A stretch of 64,000 bases of DNA from Octopus vulgaris (taxonomy: Eukaryota), in the NCBI GenBank assembly GCA_951406725.2, contig OX597840.1, positions 14,198,001-14,262,000 of the forward strand, in the 5' to 3' direction. The position numbers and the translations under genes were made by a program. The notes beneath the pieces were generated by a model. It made no database searches. It saw only the letters and a list, made by a program, of their open reading frames with translations, and was not told the DNA's origin. Below, one piece after another: positions 61,821-64,000 of this stretch (position 1 is the stretch's first letter; each line of letters starts with the position of its first letter).

Positions 61821-63461
61821 GCATACACACATGCACACACACATAAGCACTTACACGCATACACAAATGAGTTACGAGAAATAGTTCAAATGACGTATGG
61901 CATGAATTTAGACAAGAAAAATTCTTGATTGAGTGTGTCTTCATCTCAAGAGAAGGTATTCTGTTTTCCAGCACACAAATTGACTTGGTATACAGTATAG
62001 ACATTCATACGTTTCCACCATCTTTCCAAATCCTACTACATTTCACATGGAAGTTTTGATCCTCAAAGTGATTTTGGTGAATCAGTTGATCTTTCTTGTA
62101 AATGAATGTCTAGTGGCAACCACGACTGTCTTTGGATGAGAAAGGAAGATAATCTCCAAAATCAAGAAACATTCAAAACTGACATGTCTTTCAGGAGTCT
62201 AGAGGATATGTATGTCTGCTTCAGTAAATGGTGTGGATGTGTATGTATGTGTATATATGGAACATAATGAAGAATTCAGTCTTCACAGCAATATCTATAT
62301 TTCTTAGATTAAACTTCCTCTTCTATTTCACAAAGAAATAGCATCTATTTTTGTTGTGGAAGGATTTCAACTACCTCTCAAGCGACTAAAAGGTGGACTG
62401 ACTCATTATTATAAAACAAAGAACTGTGAGTGATTGGCAGTTTGTTTTGGTAGCAGTTCATTGTGAGCCTTCTATATAGAGCATTAAGTCTCGTGTAATA
62501 TTAATAGTAGTGCATCGTGTAAATACTTTCTTCGTTTATTATATATCCCAAGGATATAAAAAATTGGATAATAGATTTTTCTTTTAAAAACCATCATATG
62601 ATAAGAACTTTATCACTAGATACCATAATCTTAATTTGGAAAATATTGCAAAGAGATGGAATTCAAAACCCAACAATCTTAAAGTGTAGATTTGCTCACA
62701 TTGGCATTACTTCTGTTTAAGATCTGTGTTTACTTCATGAGATATCGACCTAAAATATAAAATCACAACTTCATCTTCCTTTCATTCGTAACTATATTTA
62801 CATTAAGCTGTATAGAAAGTTAATTATCTGTACATATTTTTATAGACGTGTGCACATTTATCTTGAAACAGAAACATAAATATGTTACACTGAAGTGTTT
62901 ATACATTGGTTTTATATGTGAAAACAAATCCATTAGAAAAATAAACAAGCATTCCTTCATGATTTGATGAGAATTTTAACCCTTTTAAGAAACCAGGTTT
63001 CTCCAGAAGAGTGCAAACTCTTGATATTGTTGATTTTTAATTCTATTAGATTTGTAGGAGCAGCGTGGTCAAGTGGTTGAGATCTTTACCTTGCAGCCAT
63101 GGGGTCAGTTTGATCCTATCACAGAGTATCATGGGCAATTGTCGTTTTCTATAGCCTCAGGTCAATCTATATCTTGTGAGTGGAACTGGGTTGATGGAAA
63201 CTGTAAAGAATCCCTTGAGGGAGATTGTACTTATAACTCAAAAAGTATCCCATCAACTTTAAACAGAGTCTGGATAGATTCCTTCAAAGAATACCAGATA
63301 AGCCACCCATAATTGGATACAACTCACCCAACAAGAACTCACTACTTGAACAAAACTTGACTTAAACAGGATTCGAATAATCCTATCAGGTGGTGCTATT
63401 AAGTTAGACATGGCCTGGACCAATCTTTGGTCGAAACATATCTAAGTTTATCTAAGTCTAA

Positions 63462-63513
<52 letters not shown>

Positions 63514-63539
63514 TAGATAGATATACACACACATTCACA

Positions 63540-63900
63540 TCATCATTTAACGTCCATTTTCCATGCTGCCATGGTTTGGATGGGTTGACTGAAAACTGGT
63601 AAGCTGAGTAGCTGAACCAGGTTCTAAGCTGATTTGACATGGTTTCCTAATGCCAACCGCTCTGAGAGTGTAGTGGAAGCTTTCTATGTGCCACCTGCTC
63701 AGATGCCAATCATGAAACACCAGCATCGGCCATGACTACGATCTCACTTGGCTAAACATGTCTTCTCAAGCATGGCATATTGAGAAAGGCCTCGGTCACT
63801 TGTCACTGCCTCCATGAGATGCAAAGTTCAAAGGGTGCTTCTTATGTGCCACCCGCATGGGTGCTAGGTGTGCGACACTGGCATCAGCTGCAACTGCAGT
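63540..63900 (-). mobile_element. RTE-type 3' end element
   Basis: catcatttaacgtccattttccatgctg tail; homologous to 10520 and 49745. Confidence 0.75.
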
Positions 63901-63948
63901 TTCATGTATATTTATTTGAATTCTGTTGTAAAATTCCTCATTTAAAAT

Positions 63949-64000
63949 CAGGAGTAGCTGTGTGGTAAGTAGCTTGTTTACCAACCACATGGTTCCGGGT
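63949..64000 (+). mobile_element. Family A SINE head, cut by the window edge
   Basis: ggagtagctgtgtggtaagtagcttgtttaccaaccacatggttccgggt. Confidence 0.85.

Overview
AT-rich, microsatellite- and repeat-dense animal DNA with no intact protein-coding gene. The SINE families and overall texture closely resemble octopus (coleoid cephalopod) genomic DNA; this is inferred from recalled repeat consensus, not a database search. Nearly all ORFs in the supplied track are microsatellite or SINE artefacts. Supportable content: dozens of tRNA-headed SINEs from at least three families; RTE-clade LINE fragments (one ending in three C2H2 zinc fingers); two restriction-like-endonuclease non-LTR remnants (R4/Dong-like and Hero/NeSL-like); mariner remnants; hAT, piggyBac and Tc1/mariner MITEs with clear TSDs; and a non-autonomous Helitron. 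Several minus-strand splice-site pairs suggest the window lies mostly within introns of a large minus-strand transcript. The most interesting signal is a dispersed set of short, mostly (TA)n-associated cassettes carrying minimal type I hammerhead-ribozyme motifs of the Penelope pseudo-LTR kind. One has an intact core (6457-6538, minus). Another occurs as an inverted pair inside a ~475-bp palindrome (37376-37850). Other points of interest are a ~300-bp inverted templated insertion with a 39-bp flanking duplication enclosing a 49-bp hairpin, and a candidate recursive splice site or 6-nt microexon at ~41000. All coordinates were read by eye; repeat boundaries are approximate.
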